Shown: positions 9,542 to 19,496, counted from the first letter of the stretch. The stretch is DNA of 32,000 nt from Thermofilum pendens Hrk 5 (GCF_000015225.1 NC_008698.1:510001-542000); one strand, 5' to 3'. The notes: generated by a model from the sequence alone, not told the origin. Numbers and translations: made by a program.

Positions 9542-9787
9542 GTGATCAACAAGAACGACGTAGAGAAGAAGGCCAGGAGCCTTTTCAGGGACGCTCAGAT
9601 CGAGGTGAAAATGGAGGGTAAGGGTATCAAGCTCGCAATCGAAGGTATAGGAGAGGACGTGGGAGAGCTCTTTACAAAGATAGGCGACCTTGTCTCCGGC
9701 ATCGCGAAGGCTTCGGGAGCCAAGGACACCGACGTCATAGTCAGCATTCAGGGCTCCGCTTACGGGATAGAAATCGAGATATACTAG
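9542..9787 (+). CDS. small hypothetical protein (81 aa)
   Basis: GTG-initiated ORF about 35-45 nt downstream of ATAAGTTTTTAGG. The composition is Gly/Ile/Glu-rich and no family is recognised. Confidence 0.4.
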   Translation: MINKNDVEKKARSLFRDAQIEVKMEGKGIKLAIEGIGEDVGELFTKIGDLVSGIAKASGAKDTDVIVSIQGSAYGIEIEIY

Positions 9788-9791
9788 CTAA

Positions 9792-10874
9792 CTAGCGTTT
9801 CTTTACCTCGCACTCTTTCAGACTTCTCAGTAGGTAGTCAATTCGAGAAGATACAATCTCAACTGTTTTTCTGTCGGAAGACGTCTTTTCGTCGAGCGGG
9901 CCGAGCTCTTCTAGGCAACGTCCAGCCACGCATGAAAGTATGAATGCCCAGGTCCTCGCCGTAACCTCGGGCTGGTACCCTCCCCCGCCCGTCAGGAGTA
10001 CTGGTACCCCTCTCGCTGCAATCCCGGATAAAAACTCTGCGAACACCTTGTAGGAGTTATCGGTTAGCCTAAGCCCTACGAGGGGGTCGCCCCTGTAAGC
10101 ATCCACCCCCGACTGGACAATCACGAAGTCCGGAGAGTAGCTGGAAATCAGCGGAGCCAAGAGTTCTCGGACCACGAGCTCGAAAACATCGTCAGCACTT
10201 GTAAGAGGTATAGGAACGTTGATGTTCATGCAGAGTCCATCCCCTTCTCCAAGCTCGTCGATCCAGCCTGTCCCCGGGTAGAATCCGTAACCATAGCCGT
10301 GCACGCTAACCTTCAGCAAGGGATCCCTGTACAGTATCTCCTGCGTCCCGTCTCCGTGGTGTGCATCCACATCGATTATCGCTACCCTCTCGTAACCCCT
10401 CTCCCTGACGTACCTCGCTGCAACTGCCACATCGTTGAAAACGCAGAAACCTCCTGCTGACCTACGCCTAGCGTGGTGAAAACCACCCTGAGGGTTAAAC
10501 GCGACGCCCCTCCCGGCCTTCACCAGGATATCCGCCAGGGTAAGCGTACCCGATACCGCCAGCAGCGCCTTCTCGAACACACCAGGATAAGCGGGCGTAT
10601 CGCCGTAGTCAAGCAACCCTGCCCCCAACTCGGACATTCTCTTCACGTAATCCACGTATTCCTTATCGTGGGCTAGCAACAGCACGCTCTCCGGGTAACG
10701 CTTCACCTCGTGCACTTCTACCTTGAATGTTCTCCTAAGAAAGCCCAGATACTTCTCGTAGAACAGCCTGCGCGCCAGAGTCCACTCGTCTCTTAGAGAG
10801 AAAGGTGTAAACGATATTTCGTCGTAACCCTCGCCCCATACGACGTGAAGCTGAGCATAGTCCTCGCGCTTCAT
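9792..10874 (-). CDS. histone deacetylase-family amidohydrolase (AcuC / acetylpolyamine deacetylase-like)
   Basis: HDAC catalytic signatures 'GGFHHARRRSAGGFCVFND' and 'DVDAHHGDGTQE', with a downstream 'GGGY'-type motif 'LTGGGGYQP'. Confidence 0.9.
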   Translation of the reverse strand: MKREDYAQLHVVWGEGYDEISFTPFSLRDEWTLARRLFYEKYLGFLRRTFKVEVHEVKRYPESVLLLAHDKEYVDYVKRMSELGAGLLDYGDTPAYPGVFEKALLAVSGTLTLADILVKAGRGVAFNPQGGFHHARRRSAGGFCVFNDVAVAARYVRERGYERVAIIDVDAHHGDGTQEILYRDPLLKVSVHGYGYGFYPGTGWIDELGEGDGLCMNINVPIPLTSADDVFELVVRELLAPLISSYSPDFVIVQSGVDAYRGDPLVGLRLTDNSYKVFAEFLSGIAARGVPVLLTGGGGYQPEVTARTWAFILSCVAGRCLEELGPLDEKTSSDRKTVEIVSSRIDYLLRSLKECEVKKR

Positions 10875-10936
10875 GCTAAATCACTATTGATAAAGAACGT
10901 TTAAATAACTGTGCGTAACCACAGACCCGAAAGAAG

Positions 10937-11512
10937 ATGAGCTCTGAGGAATTCTATGAAGTGAGATGGCATGGGCGTGGAGGCCAAGGCGTGGTTACCA
11001 GCAGCGAGCTTCTCGCCCTGGCTGCTCTAAGGGAGGGGAAGTTCGTGTATCATGCTCCGGAGTTCGGTCCGGAGAGGCGGGGCGCACCCGTGAAGGCTTA
11101 CACGCGTATATCGCGTGAACCGATAGAGCTGCACTCGGGTATCTATGAGCCCAGCGCTGTGGTGGTTATAGATCCTTCTCTGCAGAACGACCCCTCCATC
11201 GCTTCGGGGCTTAGGAAGGGAGGGCTTATCGTTGTGAACGCGAAGAGCCCCGGGGACGTGTTGCTCCGGAGTGCCCAGGAGAAGGGTGCTGAGGTGTGGT
11301 ACGTGGACGCGTATAGCATTGCCATGGAGGTCTTTGGGAGACCCTTCTACAACACTCCGATGCTCGGAGCGTTTGTTAGGGCGAGCAACGTGGTGAGCCT
11401 TGAGTCTGTGGTTTCGGTTGCAATGGAGCGTTTTTCGAAGGACAGCAAGCTCGCCCAACTAAACGTGCTCGCGATTAGGCGGGCGTATGATGAGGTGAAG
11501 AAGTATGAGTGA
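10937..11512 (+). CDS. porG: pyruvate/2-oxoacid:ferredoxin oxidoreductase, gamma subunit
   Basis: 'GRGGQGVVT' gamma-subunit motif. It is the first gene of a gamma-delta-alpha-beta operon, and its stop overlaps the delta start. Confidence 0.88.
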   Translation: MSSEEFYEVRWHGRGGQGVVTSSELLALAALREGKFVYHAPEFGPERRGAPVKAYTRISREPIELHSGIYEPSAVVVIDPSLQNDPSIASGLRKGGLIVVNAKSPGDVLLRSAQEKGAEVWYVDAYSIAMEVFGRPFYNTPMLGAFVRASNVVSLESVVSVAMERFSKDSKLAQLNVLAIRRAYDEVKKYE

Positions 11513-11801
11513 AGCGTCGAGTTTTGTTTTGAAAAGCTGGAGGGAGATGCCTCCCGGCGGCATCATACCAGTGCCCAAGACAAGTCTTCTCAATAAGACT
11601 GGTACGTGGCGCGCCCTAAAACCCGTTATAAACCAGGCTAAGTGTATAAGGTGTTTAATGTGCTGGGTTCACTGTCCAGAGCCGGCGATACTTAGGGGCG
11701 AGGATGACTCCGTGGCCGTGGACTACGACTACTGTAAGGGTTGCGGTATCTGCGCTAATGTTTGTCCCGTACATGCGATAGAAATGGTTCCAGAGGGATG
11801 A
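11505..11801 (+). CDS. porD: pyruvate/2-oxoacid:ferredoxin oxidoreductase, delta subunit (2x[4Fe-4S])
   Basis: Two ferredoxin-type Cys motifs, 'CIRCLMCWVHCP' and 'CKGCGICANVCP'. It overlaps the gamma-subunit gene by 8 nt. Confidence 0.88.
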   Translation: MSEASSFVLKSWREMPPGGIIPVPKTSLLNKTGTWRALKPVINQAKCIRCLMCWVHCPEPAILRGEDDSVAVDYDYCKGCGICANVCPVHAIEMVPEG

Positions 11802-11804
11802 GTT

Positions 11805-12989
11805 ATGAAGGGTAAACTCGTCGGGATGAATGGCGACAGGGCGGTGGCATACGCCGCCAAGCAGGCTAAGGTCGACGTGATCTCAGCGTACCCCATCACT
11901 CCTCAGACGATCATCGTTGAAACGCTTGCCGAGTATGTTAACAACGGCGAACTGGACGCCGCGTTCATACCGGTTGAGAGCGAGCACACGGCGCTGTCCG
12001 CGGCTGTTGGAGCGTCGCTCGCGGGGGCAAGGGTCTTCACAGCTACATCTAGCCAGGGCCTCGCCCTTATGTACGAGATTCTCTGGATAGCGGCGGGGCT
12101 ACGTGCACCCATAGTAATGGCTATAGGTAACAGGGCTCTCTCGCCGAACATCAACATACACTGTAGCCATGACGACGCCTACGCCGCCAGGGATACCGGC
12201 TGGCTCCAGTTCTTCGCGGAGAACGTCCAGGAGGCGTACGACTTGACTCTGATGGCGTTCAGAGTAGCGGAGGACGAGAGGGTGTTGCTTCCAACTATAG
12301 TCAACCTGGACGGCTTCATCCTCACGCACGCGCTCGAAGGGCTCTACGTGCTAGAGGACGCGGAGGTTGACGCTTTCCTGCCGAAGAGGAAGCCCATTAA
12401 CCCGATAGACCCGAAGAACCCGAAAACTTACGGTCCACTGGACTTTACGGACTGGTACATGGAGCACAAGAGGTTACAGTTCGAGGTCTACCAGAAGGTC
12501 GGCGGTGTGGTCAGGGAAGTCTTCGATGAATACGAGAAGCTCACGGGGAGGCATTACCAGCCTGTGAAAACGTTCAACGTGGAGGGTGCGGACAAGGCAA
12601 TAGTCATCCTGGGGTCCTCGGCGGGAACGGCGAGGTTCGCCGCCAGAAAGCTTGCCGAGAAGGGCATGAAGCTCGGCGTGGTGAGCCTTACCCAGTATAG
12701 ACCCTTCCCGGTGGCCGAGCTTAGAAAGGTCCTGGAAAGCTTCGACGTCGTCGCGGTACTGGACAGGAGTGTGAGCTTTGGGAGTCCGGGGAACCAGCTC
12801 TTCATGGACGTCTCGACCGCCCTTTACAGCTCGAAGAAGAGGCCTATCTTGGTCAACGTCGTCTACGGGCTAGGCGGCAGGGACTTCACTCCTCTCCACG
12901 TGGAGAGGATATACGCCGCCCTAGAGGAGGTGCAGAGAAAGGGTGAAGCACCGGAGGAGAGTTTATGGGTTGGCTTGAGGGAGGGGTGA
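11805..12989 (+). CDS. porA: pyruvate/2-oxoacid:ferredoxin oxidoreductase, alpha subunit
   Basis: 394 aa with an N-terminus 'GNxAVAYAAKQAKVDVISAYPITPQT' typical of POR/VOR alpha subunits. Operon context supports the call. Confidence 0.9.
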   Translation: MKGKLVGMNGDRAVAYAAKQAKVDVISAYPITPQTIIVETLAEYVNNGELDAAFIPVESEHTALSAAVGASLAGARVFTATSSQGLALMYEILWIAAGLRAPIVMAIGNRALSPNINIHCSHDDAYAARDTGWLQFFAENVQEAYDLTLMAFRVAEDERVLLPTIVNLDGFILTHALEGLYVLEDAEVDAFLPKRKPINPIDPKNPKTYGPLDFTDWYMEHKRLQFEVYQKVGGVVREVFDEYEKLTGRHYQPVKTFNVEGADKAIVILGSSAGTARFAARKLAEKGMKLGVVSLTQYRPFPVAELRKVLESFDVVAVLDRSVSFGSPGNQLFMDVSTALYSSKKRPILVNVVYGLGGRDFTPLHVERIYAALEEVQRKGEAPEESLWVGLREG

Positions 12990-12994
12990 GTTGA

Positions 12995-13930
12995 ATGGAG
13001 CTGAAAACGATTAAGACGTTGAAGGAGATACCGCGCGAGGAGCAGTTCGCGCCTGGGCACAGGCTGTGCGCAGGGTGCGGCATACCTCAGGTTGTCAGGC
13101 TGGCGTTGAAAGCCGTACCTGACCCAAAAGTCGTGGTGAATGCGACTGGGTGCCTGGAAGTTGCTACAACGATCTTTCCCTACACCAGCTGGGGTGTACC
13201 GTGGGTTCACATCGCATTTGAGAACGCGGCGGCCGTCGCCAGCGGGATCGAGGCGGCGTTCAAGATTCTCTCGAAAAAGTACGGCGTGGAGAAGCCGAAG
13301 ATAATAGTCTTCGGAGGAGATGGAGGCACTTTCGATATAGGCTTCCAGGCTCTCAGCGGGGCACTCGAGAGGGGGCATGACATGATATACATTTGCTACG
13401 ACAACGAGGCATACATGAACACCGGGATACAGAGGAGCGGCGCCACGCCTAAAGGGGCTTCTACGACGACGAGCCCTGCTGGAAAGGTTGTTCCCGGAAA
13501 GCTTGAAAGGAAGAAGAACCTCATAGAGATAGCTATTGCCCACGGGATAAGGTATGCCGCCACGATGAACCCGGCATTCCCGGTGGACATGTACAACAAG
13601 ATAGTGAAGGCGGCGAACACACCGGGGCCCACAGTGTTGCACTACTTTACTCCTTGCCCCACCGGCTGGTACTTCGATCCTTCAAGGAGCATCGAGGTCG
13701 CCAGGCTTGCTGTACAGACACGTATTTGGCCTCTCTACGAGTACGACAACGGGAAGATACGCATAACTGTGCCGGTGAAGGAGCCTAGACCGGTTGAGGA
13801 CTACTTTAAGCTTCAGGGGAGGTTCCGGCACCTGCTGGAACCTGAGAACAAGTGGCTCCTCGAGGAGATAAAGAGGGACATCGAGGAGAACTGGCAGAAA
13901 CTGATGAGGATGGCCGAGCAATCAAAGTGA
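12995..13930 (+). CDS. porB: pyruvate/2-oxoacid:ferredoxin oxidoreductase, beta subunit (TPP-binding)
   Basis: 'CAGCG' cluster-binding motif near the N-terminus and the TPP motif 'GGDGGTFDIGFQAL...YDNEAYMNTG'. Confidence 0.9.
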   Translation: MELKTIKTLKEIPREEQFAPGHRLCAGCGIPQVVRLALKAVPDPKVVVNATGCLEVATTIFPYTSWGVPWVHIAFENAAAVASGIEAAFKILSKKYGVEKPKIIVFGGDGGTFDIGFQALSGALERGHDMIYICYDNEAYMNTGIQRSGATPKGASTTTSPAGKVVPGKLERKKNLIEIAIAHGIRYAATMNPAFPVDMYNKIVKAANTPGPTVLHYFTPCPTGWYFDPSRSIEVARLAVQTRIWPLYEYDNGKIRITVPVKEPRPVEDYFKLQGRFRHLLEPENKWLLEEIKRDIEENWQKLMRMAEQSK

Positions 13931-14074
13931 GTAGAGGTCTCGCCGAGAAGGGGCAGCATTATTAAAGAATTTTTCTAAAGCTTAAAACGAAGCAAGCCTT
14001 TCCTTCGTCGGAGGTAGTTTTTTAGCCTACCGTTTTCTGAGATGCTTTTGGGTGTCTAGTTGGTCAGGGAGGAG

Positions 14075-17000
14075 ATGAAAGCCCTCTATAAGTCTCTGTG
14101 TCCTAATTGCCACGGAGATATAAGTGACTTTAGGTTGGAGAAAAGGCTTCCATGCAGGCAATGTCTTCCCGAAAAGGATGCGGAGCTCTTCCTGTCCAGC
14201 GAGACGAGTAGAGCCCCCGACCCATTTTTCGAGCATTTGGAGCGGCTCGTAAAGGTTCTAGGCAAGTCTGGCAAGCTTCTTCACTTGGAAGAACTGTACT
14301 CTGTGGAAAGGGATCTCGCCGATTTCCAGGCGTTCTTTCGTAAAGCTGTGGGGAGCCGTCCCTGGAGTGCTCAGAAGACGTGGGCTAGGAGGGTTTTAAG
14401 GAACACTAGCTTCGTTATACTAGCGCCTACGGGTGTCGGGAAGACCGTCTTCGGGATTGTAATGGCGTTATTCCTGGCTTCTAGGGGTAAAAAGTCCTAC
14501 ATTGTTCTACCCACGACTACGCTCGCGCAACAGGTCTTCGAAAAGGCTACTCTATTCGCGAGAAAGGTCGCAGTAAACGAGGGAGGCATAGTGGTCTACC
14601 ACGGAGGTCTACCCCAGTCCAAGAAGGAGGAGGTTCTCTCAAGGGTGTCGGGCGGGGACTTTTCCGTGCTTATAACTACTTCCCAGTTTCTTTCGAGAAA
14701 CTTCGACAAGCTCGAGAGAGTAAGATTCGACTTCGTGTTCGTCGACGACGTCGACAGCATAATAAAATCGTCTAAAAACATAGATAGGATCCTCCGGCTT
14801 CTAGGATTCACCCAAGACGAGATAAGCGTTGCTCTGGAGATAATAAGGGAGCGCGTAAGGCTGGCTCGTAGGCTCAGGAACGGTGCCTCGACGTCGGACG
14901 TTTACGAAAGGCTGGAGGAGCTCAGGCGTAAGCTAGCCGAGTACACCGGCAAGGGCGGTCCTCGTGGCGTACTTGTAGTGTCCACGGCTACCGGTAGACC
15001 CCGCGGTCTAAGGATAAGGCTGTTCCGAGAGCTTTTAGGCTTCGAGATTGGAAGCCGGGGGGAACTCTTTAGGAACGTCGTCGACACCTATGTTGTCGTT
15101 GACCGCGACGAGGAAGTTGTAAGGCAAGTAGCTACGTTGGCGTCGAGGCTCGGGAGGGGCGGGCTTGTATTCGCCCCGGCAGGCACGGGGGAGGAGTTTC
15201 TGGAAAGCCTTGCTGAAGCCTTGGAGAAAAGCGGGTTGAGGGTGGGAAGGTTCTACGGTAATCACAACAAGAGAAAGCTTCTCGAGGAGTTTTCAGGCGG
15301 TAACCTGGACGTACTGGTTGGGGTCGCGAGCTACTACGGTACTCTCGTGAGGGGGCTCGACCTGCCTCACGTCGTGAGGTACGCTATATTCGCCGGCATC
15401 CCCCACTTCAAGTTCTCGATAAAGTTGGAGGACGTGCCACCCTTAAGGTTGTTGCAGATAGCTTCAAACGTCAGGGTGGTGGCAAGCAGGGATGACCAGG
15501 CCGTTATAGACAGGCTGGTAGCCTACGTGCGAAACTGGCTACAGAACATGGAGCCTGGAGAGTACATGGCCCTGACCCAGTGCTTATCGGAGGGTTCTTG
15601 TCACGAGAAGTACAGCAGGCTCGTTGAAAGCATCAACCACCTCCGATCGATAGTAGAGAAGTACCTTTCCTCCAAGGAGTACCTGGAGAGGTTGTCGAAG
15701 GAGACCTCGCTTACCGTTGTAAGCGAGGATGGACAGCTTAAGCTATTGCTCCCGGACGTGTTAACGTACATCCAGGCGTCGGGCCGAACGTCGCGTCTTT
15801 ACGCGAGGGGTGTCTCGAAGGGTCTCTCGATAGTCGTTACTGGGAACGGTCTCCTCTTCGAGAAGTTCGCCAAGTTTTCTAGGCTCTACTCCTCCGATAT
15901 CGAATGGAAGCCTCTAAGCGAGGTAGACCTCGACTTACTGGTGAGGGAGATAGACGAGGAAAGGGAAATCATAAGGAGGATACTCTCTGGCGAGGTAAGC
16001 GCCGAGCTAGCTGGAGACCTCGTGAAGTCCGTGCTCGTCGTAGTTGAGTCGCCGACTAAGGCTCGCACGATAGCATCCTTCTTCGGTAAGCCCAGCAGAC
16101 GGCGCGTAGGCCCCCTCGTAGCCTACGATATCGCTTTCTCCGGGTACATACTGACGATAGTGGCTACCCAGGGGCATATCTTCGACCTGACGACAAACGC
16201 TTACAGCTACAACTCCTCAAAGGATCTGTACGGAGTGTTGGTGCTCGACGCGTACGGCGCTAGCAAACACTACCGATTCGTGCCAGTGTTTAACACGATT
16301 AAGCGCTGTATGAATTGCGGGGCCCAGTTCACGGAGTATGCGGTAGAGGATGTGCCTCGGCAGCATGTTCAAAAAGTAGAGGTTGAGAAGAGGTGCCCGA
16401 GATGTGGTAGCACTAACGTGTTCGACAAGGCAGAGATCGTAGAAGCGCTTAGGAAGCTAGCCAGCGAGGTCGAAGAAGTTTTCGTGGCTACGGATCCGGA
16501 CACAGAAGGAGAGAAAATAGCCTGGGACGTTTACCTCTCCCTCGCCCCCTACGTCCGAGTAATAAAGCGTGTAGAGTTCCACGAGGTTACGAGGAGGGCG
16601 TTCGAAGAAGCCCTCAGAAACCCGAGGAGCATAAACGACAGGATGGTCGAAGCGCAGCTCGTAAGGAGGATAGAGGATAGGTGGTTGGGCTTCTCTCTAA
16701 GCCAGAAGCTACAGGAATGCAGGGGGCATAAGTGGCTGTCGGCGGGGAGAGTCCAAACGCCTGTACTGGGTTGGATTGTAGAGAACTCCGAGAAGGCTCG
16801 ACGAAAGAAGGTCGTCTTTATACTCGAGCTCTCTAGGCGCGGCGCGGAGGGGGAGAAGCTGAGGGTGATCGTGGACAACGCTAGGCTCGACGGTCAAAGC
16901 CCAGCGGCTGTTAGCAATAAGATAAAAGAGGAAGGTGTAACCGTGAGCATAGTCTCCCGTGAGGAGAAAACGCTCCCTCCGCCTCCACCCTTCACAACGG

Positions 17001-17926
17001 ACACTTTGCTCAGGGAAGCTAACCAGGTTTTAGGGTTAGACGTTGACAGGACTATGAGGATCGCGCAGGATCTTTTCGAGAGTGGTTTAATCACGTACCA
17101 CAGGACGGATAGTACGAGGGTGTCCGACCTCGGAATAAGCGTGGCGAGAACGTACATCACGGAGAGGTTCTCTGAAGAGTACTTTGCGCCTAGAAGGTGG
17201 GGGGAAGGCGGAGCCCACGAGTGTATACGCCCCACGCGCCCACTTGATGTGGATTCGTTGATGCAGATGATAAGACAGGGTATACTGCAAGTGCAGGTGA
17301 ACTTTACCAGGGACCATATACGCCTCTACGACTTGATATTCAGGCGCTTCATTGCCAGCCAAATGCCGCCGGCAAAAGTTGTCGAGGCAAAGGCTGTGGT
17401 GAAGGGTCCCTATTTCGAGAAAGAAATTACGTTTATAGAAAGTATAATCGAGAAGGCTGAAGGCTTCACGAAGATTCTTCCTCTAAGGACGCGCCAGATA
17501 CCCGAAGGGAAGTACGACGTTTTGCTCTCGACGTACAAGCGCGTCTCAGAGGTTCCGCTGTATACCCAGGCGGATGTCATTAGGCTGATGAAGGAGAGAA
17601 ACATAGGCCGGCCTTCCACTTACTCGAAGATCGTGAGGACGCTGTTGGATAGGAACTACGTGGTCGAGGTGAAGGGCGGTAGGCTTGTGTCCACGAGGCT
17701 CGGGAAAAAGGTCTATGAGTTTCTCAGCGTGAATTTTGGGGATGTGGTCTCGGAGAACAAAACAGCGGATGTTCTCCGCAGGATGGACGAAATAGAGGAA
17801 GGGCGAGCCGACTACCTTGATGTTCTCGCAGAGTTCTACGAAGAGGTTCAAAGTAAGGTTATCGAGAAAAATGCCGACTGTGACATTCTAACGGCTCCGA
17901 ACGGTAAACACCTAGAAGACAGGTAG
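14075..17926 (+). CDS. rgy: reverse gyrase
   Basis: N-terminal Zn finger 'CPNCHG...CRQC', helicase Walker A 'APTGVGKT' and a 'VDDVD' box. The C-terminal half is a type IA topoisomerase with Toprim 'ATDPDTEGEKIA', a second Zn ribbon 'CMNCG...CPRCG' and active site 'ITYHRTDSTRVS'. The ATG at 14075 is preceded by GGGAGGAG. Confidence 0.97.
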   Translation: MKALYKSLCPNCHGDISDFRLEKRLPCRQCLPEKDAELFLSSETSRAPDPFFEHLERLVKVLGKSGKLLHLEELYSVERDLADFQAFFRKAVGSRPWSAQKTWARRVLRNTSFVILAPTGVGKTVFGIVMALFLASRGKKSYIVLPTTTLAQQVFEKATLFARKVAVNEGGIVVYHGGLPQSKKEEVLSRVSGGDFSVLITTSQFLSRNFDKLERVRFDFVFVDDVDSIIKSSKNIDRILRLLGFTQDEISVALEIIRERVRLARRLRNGASTSDVYERLEELRRKLAEYTGKGGPRGVLVVSTATGRPRGLRIRLFRELLGFEIGSRGELFRNVVDTYVVVDRDEEVVRQVATLASRLGRGGLVFAPAGTGEEFLESLAEALEKSGLRVGRFYGNHNKRKLLEEFSGGNLDVLVGVASYYGTLVRGLDLPHVVRYAIFAGIPHFKFSIKLEDVPPLRLLQIASNVRVVASRDDQAVIDRLVAYVRNWLQNMEPGEYMALTQCLSEGSCHEKYSRLVESINHLRSIVEKYLSSKEYLERLSKETSLTVVSEDGQLKLLLPDVLTYIQASGRTSRLYARGVSKGLSIVVTGNGLLFEKFAKFSRLYSSDIEWKPLSEVDLDLLVREIDEEREIIRRILSGEVSAELAGDLVKSVLVVVESPTKARTIASFFGKPSRRRVGPLVAYDIAFSGYILTIVATQGHIFDLTTNAYSYNSSKDLYGVLVLDAYGASKHYRFVPVFNTIKRCMNCGAQFTEYAVEDVPRQHVQKVEVEKRCPRCGSTNVFDKAEIVEALRKLASEVEEVFVATDPDTEGEKIAWDVYLSLAPYVRVIKRVEFHEVTRRAFEEALRNPRSINDRMVEAQLVRRIEDRWLGFSLSQKLQECRGHKWLSAGRVQTPVLGWIVENSEKARRKKVVFILELSRRGAEGEKLRVIVDNARLDGQSPAAVSNKIKEEGVTVSIVSREEKTLPPPPPFTTDTLLREANQVLGLDVDRTMRIAQDLFESGLITYHRTDSTRVSDLGISVARTYITERFSEEYFAPRRWGEGGAHECIRPTRPLDVDSLMQMIRQGILQVQVNFTRDHIRLYDLIFRRFIASQMPPAKVVEAKAVVKGPYFEKEITFIESIIEKAEGFTKILPLRTRQIPEGKYDVLLSTYKRVSEVPLYTQADVIRLMKERNIGRPSTYSKIVRTLLDRNYVVEVKGGRLVSTRLGKKVYEFLSVNFGDVVSENKTADVLRRMDEIEEGRADYLDVLAEFYEEVQSKVIEKNADCDILTAPNGKHLEDR

Positions 17927-17964
17927 CTTGCCGCCCGGCGCGCTGGGGCGCCGAGAAAAGGTTC

Positions 17965-18513
17965 TCAGTTCTTCCCGCCAGCCTCCAAGTAGAAGAGAGA
18001 GCGCACGCGCTGCTCTCCGTGAATCCTCCTAATCACCTCTGCTACTGCTGGTGGAACGTACTGAGCCCAGTCCCCGCCCTCCGCCATTAGCCGCCTGATG
18101 CGGGTGCCCTCGTACTTCTCCCTCTCGTAGAAAGGTATGCTCTCAACCTTGAAGCCCTCCTCTTCGAACAGCATGCGCGATAAGGGGTCGTTTGTATACA
18201 CCACGTCGAAACAAGGGGAAAAGCTCACTACGAGCTTAACCCAAAGCGAGTGTTGACCATCGGTATCCGGCACCACCGTTACGAGAACCCTGTCGAGTAA
18301 CCCCTCCTCGCGTAGAACGGCATACACCATTTCAAGCCTCTCTCCAACGGTGAAAGGATTCCTAAGGCTGTGGGAGTACTGGGCACTACCAATAGCTAAA
18401 ACTACCTCGCTCTCTCTTTCAACTATCCACTTCAACGCATTGTAATGCCCTAGGTGAAAAGGCTGGAAACGCCCCATGAAAAGCGCTCTTCTACACCGCC
18501 AGGCCATCGACAT
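17965..18513 (-). CDS. nadM: nicotinamide-nucleotide adenylyltransferase (archaeal NMNAT)
   Basis: 'GRFQPFHLGH' nucleotidyltransferase (H/T)xGH motif. The ~180-aa size is typical of archaeal NMNAT. An alternative ATG lies at 18507. Confidence 0.88.
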   Translation of the reverse strand: MSMAWRCRRALFMGRFQPFHLGHYNALKWIVERESEVVLAIGSAQYSHSLRNPFTVGERLEMVYAVLREEGLLDRVLVTVVPDTDGQHSLWVKLVVSFSPCFDVVYTNDPLSRMLFEEEGFKVESIPFYEREKYEGTRIRRLMAEGGDWAQYVPPAVAEVIRRIHGEQRVRSLFYLEAGGKN

Positions 18514-18565
18514 CCACCCTTACGCGGAGACAAAAAGCGACGCATTAATTCTTTACGCGGAAAAG

Positions 18566-18662
18566 TGGTGCGGCCGCCGGGATTTGAACCCGGGTTCTCC
18601 GCGCCTACACAGGGCTCTGCGGCGTGGAAGGCCGCCATCCTACCAGACTAGACTACGGCCGC
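18566..18662 (-). tRNA. tRNA-Gly(UCC), 97 nt, with a ~20-nt intron in the variable loop (about 45/46) and encoded CCA
   Basis: Hand-folded cloverleaf with acceptor GCGGCCG/CGGCCGC-A-CCA, D-arm GUCU-AGUCUGGUA-GGAU and anticodon arm GCGGC-CUUCCAC-GCCGC. Twenty-five nt lie where 5 are expected before the T-arm CCGGG-UUCAAAU-CCCGG. A TATA-like box, TTTAAAA, sits ~30-36 nt upstream (18692-18698). Confidence 0.9.
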
Positions 18663-19091
18663 CGGAGCCAGAAAACTCAGTACGATCTTCCTTTTAAACT
18701 TATTCTTCTCTTATGCTTGATCGCGCACCCGCAAGCAACCAACCCGAGTGCTCAAAGCTGCAGCGCCCCCTCCTCCCTTCCACGCCTCGTCATCGTCGTC
18801 CCGCGGAGACACAATTAACGGTCACCGGGCAGCGCGCGAGGAAACAAGCCAGCGGGAAAAAAAATGCTTAGCGGTACCTTTACTGAGAGCCTTCAACGTG
18901 GAAAAACGGGGACGCGCGGTGGCCAGGGTGCACGCGCGTGATGAAGAAAAAGGGTTCAGACGCGCGTTTTCAGCCCCAACCCCTAGCCTCCTCGCGTGAT
19001 TGCGCGCTCTAAACCAGGGACTCGCGCGCGAGCTATCTTTCACTATGTGTAAGATTTTTATTTGGAAAACTACCTACATGATCTTGTGAGC

Positions 19092-19337
19092 ATGCACGAA
19101 CAATCTCAAAACATCGCCTATGTACTCATAAACTGCGAGATCGGGAAAGAGAAAGACGTGCTGGAACAGATAAGGAATATTCCAGGAGTTATCGAGGCAC
19201 ACTTGCTCTACGGAGTTTACGATATAATAGTCAAGGTGACTGGAAAAGACAACGTGGAAATCAGGGAAATGATACTGACGAAAATAAGGCGGATACCAGG
19301 AGTAAAGCGCACACTTACGATGCCCGTAGTCGAATAA
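19092..19337 (+). CDS. stand-alone RAM-domain protein (Lrp/AsnC ligand-binding domain only)
   Basis: About 81 aa with the beta-alpha-beta-beta-alpha-beta pattern 'AYVLINCE...VLEQIRNIPGVIEAHLLYGVYDIIVKV...IRRIPGVKRT'. The ATG at 19092 lies ~28-40 nt downstream of AAGATTTTTATTTGG. The track ORF starts 10 codons earlier at a TTG. Confidence 0.75.
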   Translation: MHEQSQNIAYVLINCEIGKEKDVLEQIRNIPGVIEAHLLYGVYDIIVKVTGKDNVEIREMILTKIRRIPGVKRTLTMPVVE

Positions 19338-19496
19338 ACACCTAAGTTACCGGGGGAGTACTAGGGGAAAATTACTTAAAAGTTACATGTTCCCAGTACT
19401 GCGCGGGTAAACATATAAACGATAACTATTTATACCAGCGACCCCCAGCGCTGCGCGTCTCTAACACCCTTAAAGCCTCCCAGCACGGTTTATCAC

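Noticed and set aside
9037-9552. 171-aa minus-strand ORF spanning the leuS 3' end and the downstream spacer
   Set aside because: Most of it is antisense to leuS. The translation is Ser/Arg/Pro-rich with no recognisable domain or start signal.
12863-13642. 259-aa minus-strand ORF, plus smaller ones at 13207-13392, 13396-13632 and 13682-13921
   Set aside because: They are antisense to the POR alpha/beta subunit genes, which carry diagnostic TPP and Fe-S motifs. They are shadow ORFs.
18450-18697. Short ORFs containing 'GFEPG'/'DLNPG'-type peptides here and at 21502-21762, 26079-26386 and 28669-28872
   Set aside because: They are translations of tRNA T-arms and acceptor stems (GGGTTCGAATCCC / GGATTTGAACCC) on either strand, not genes.
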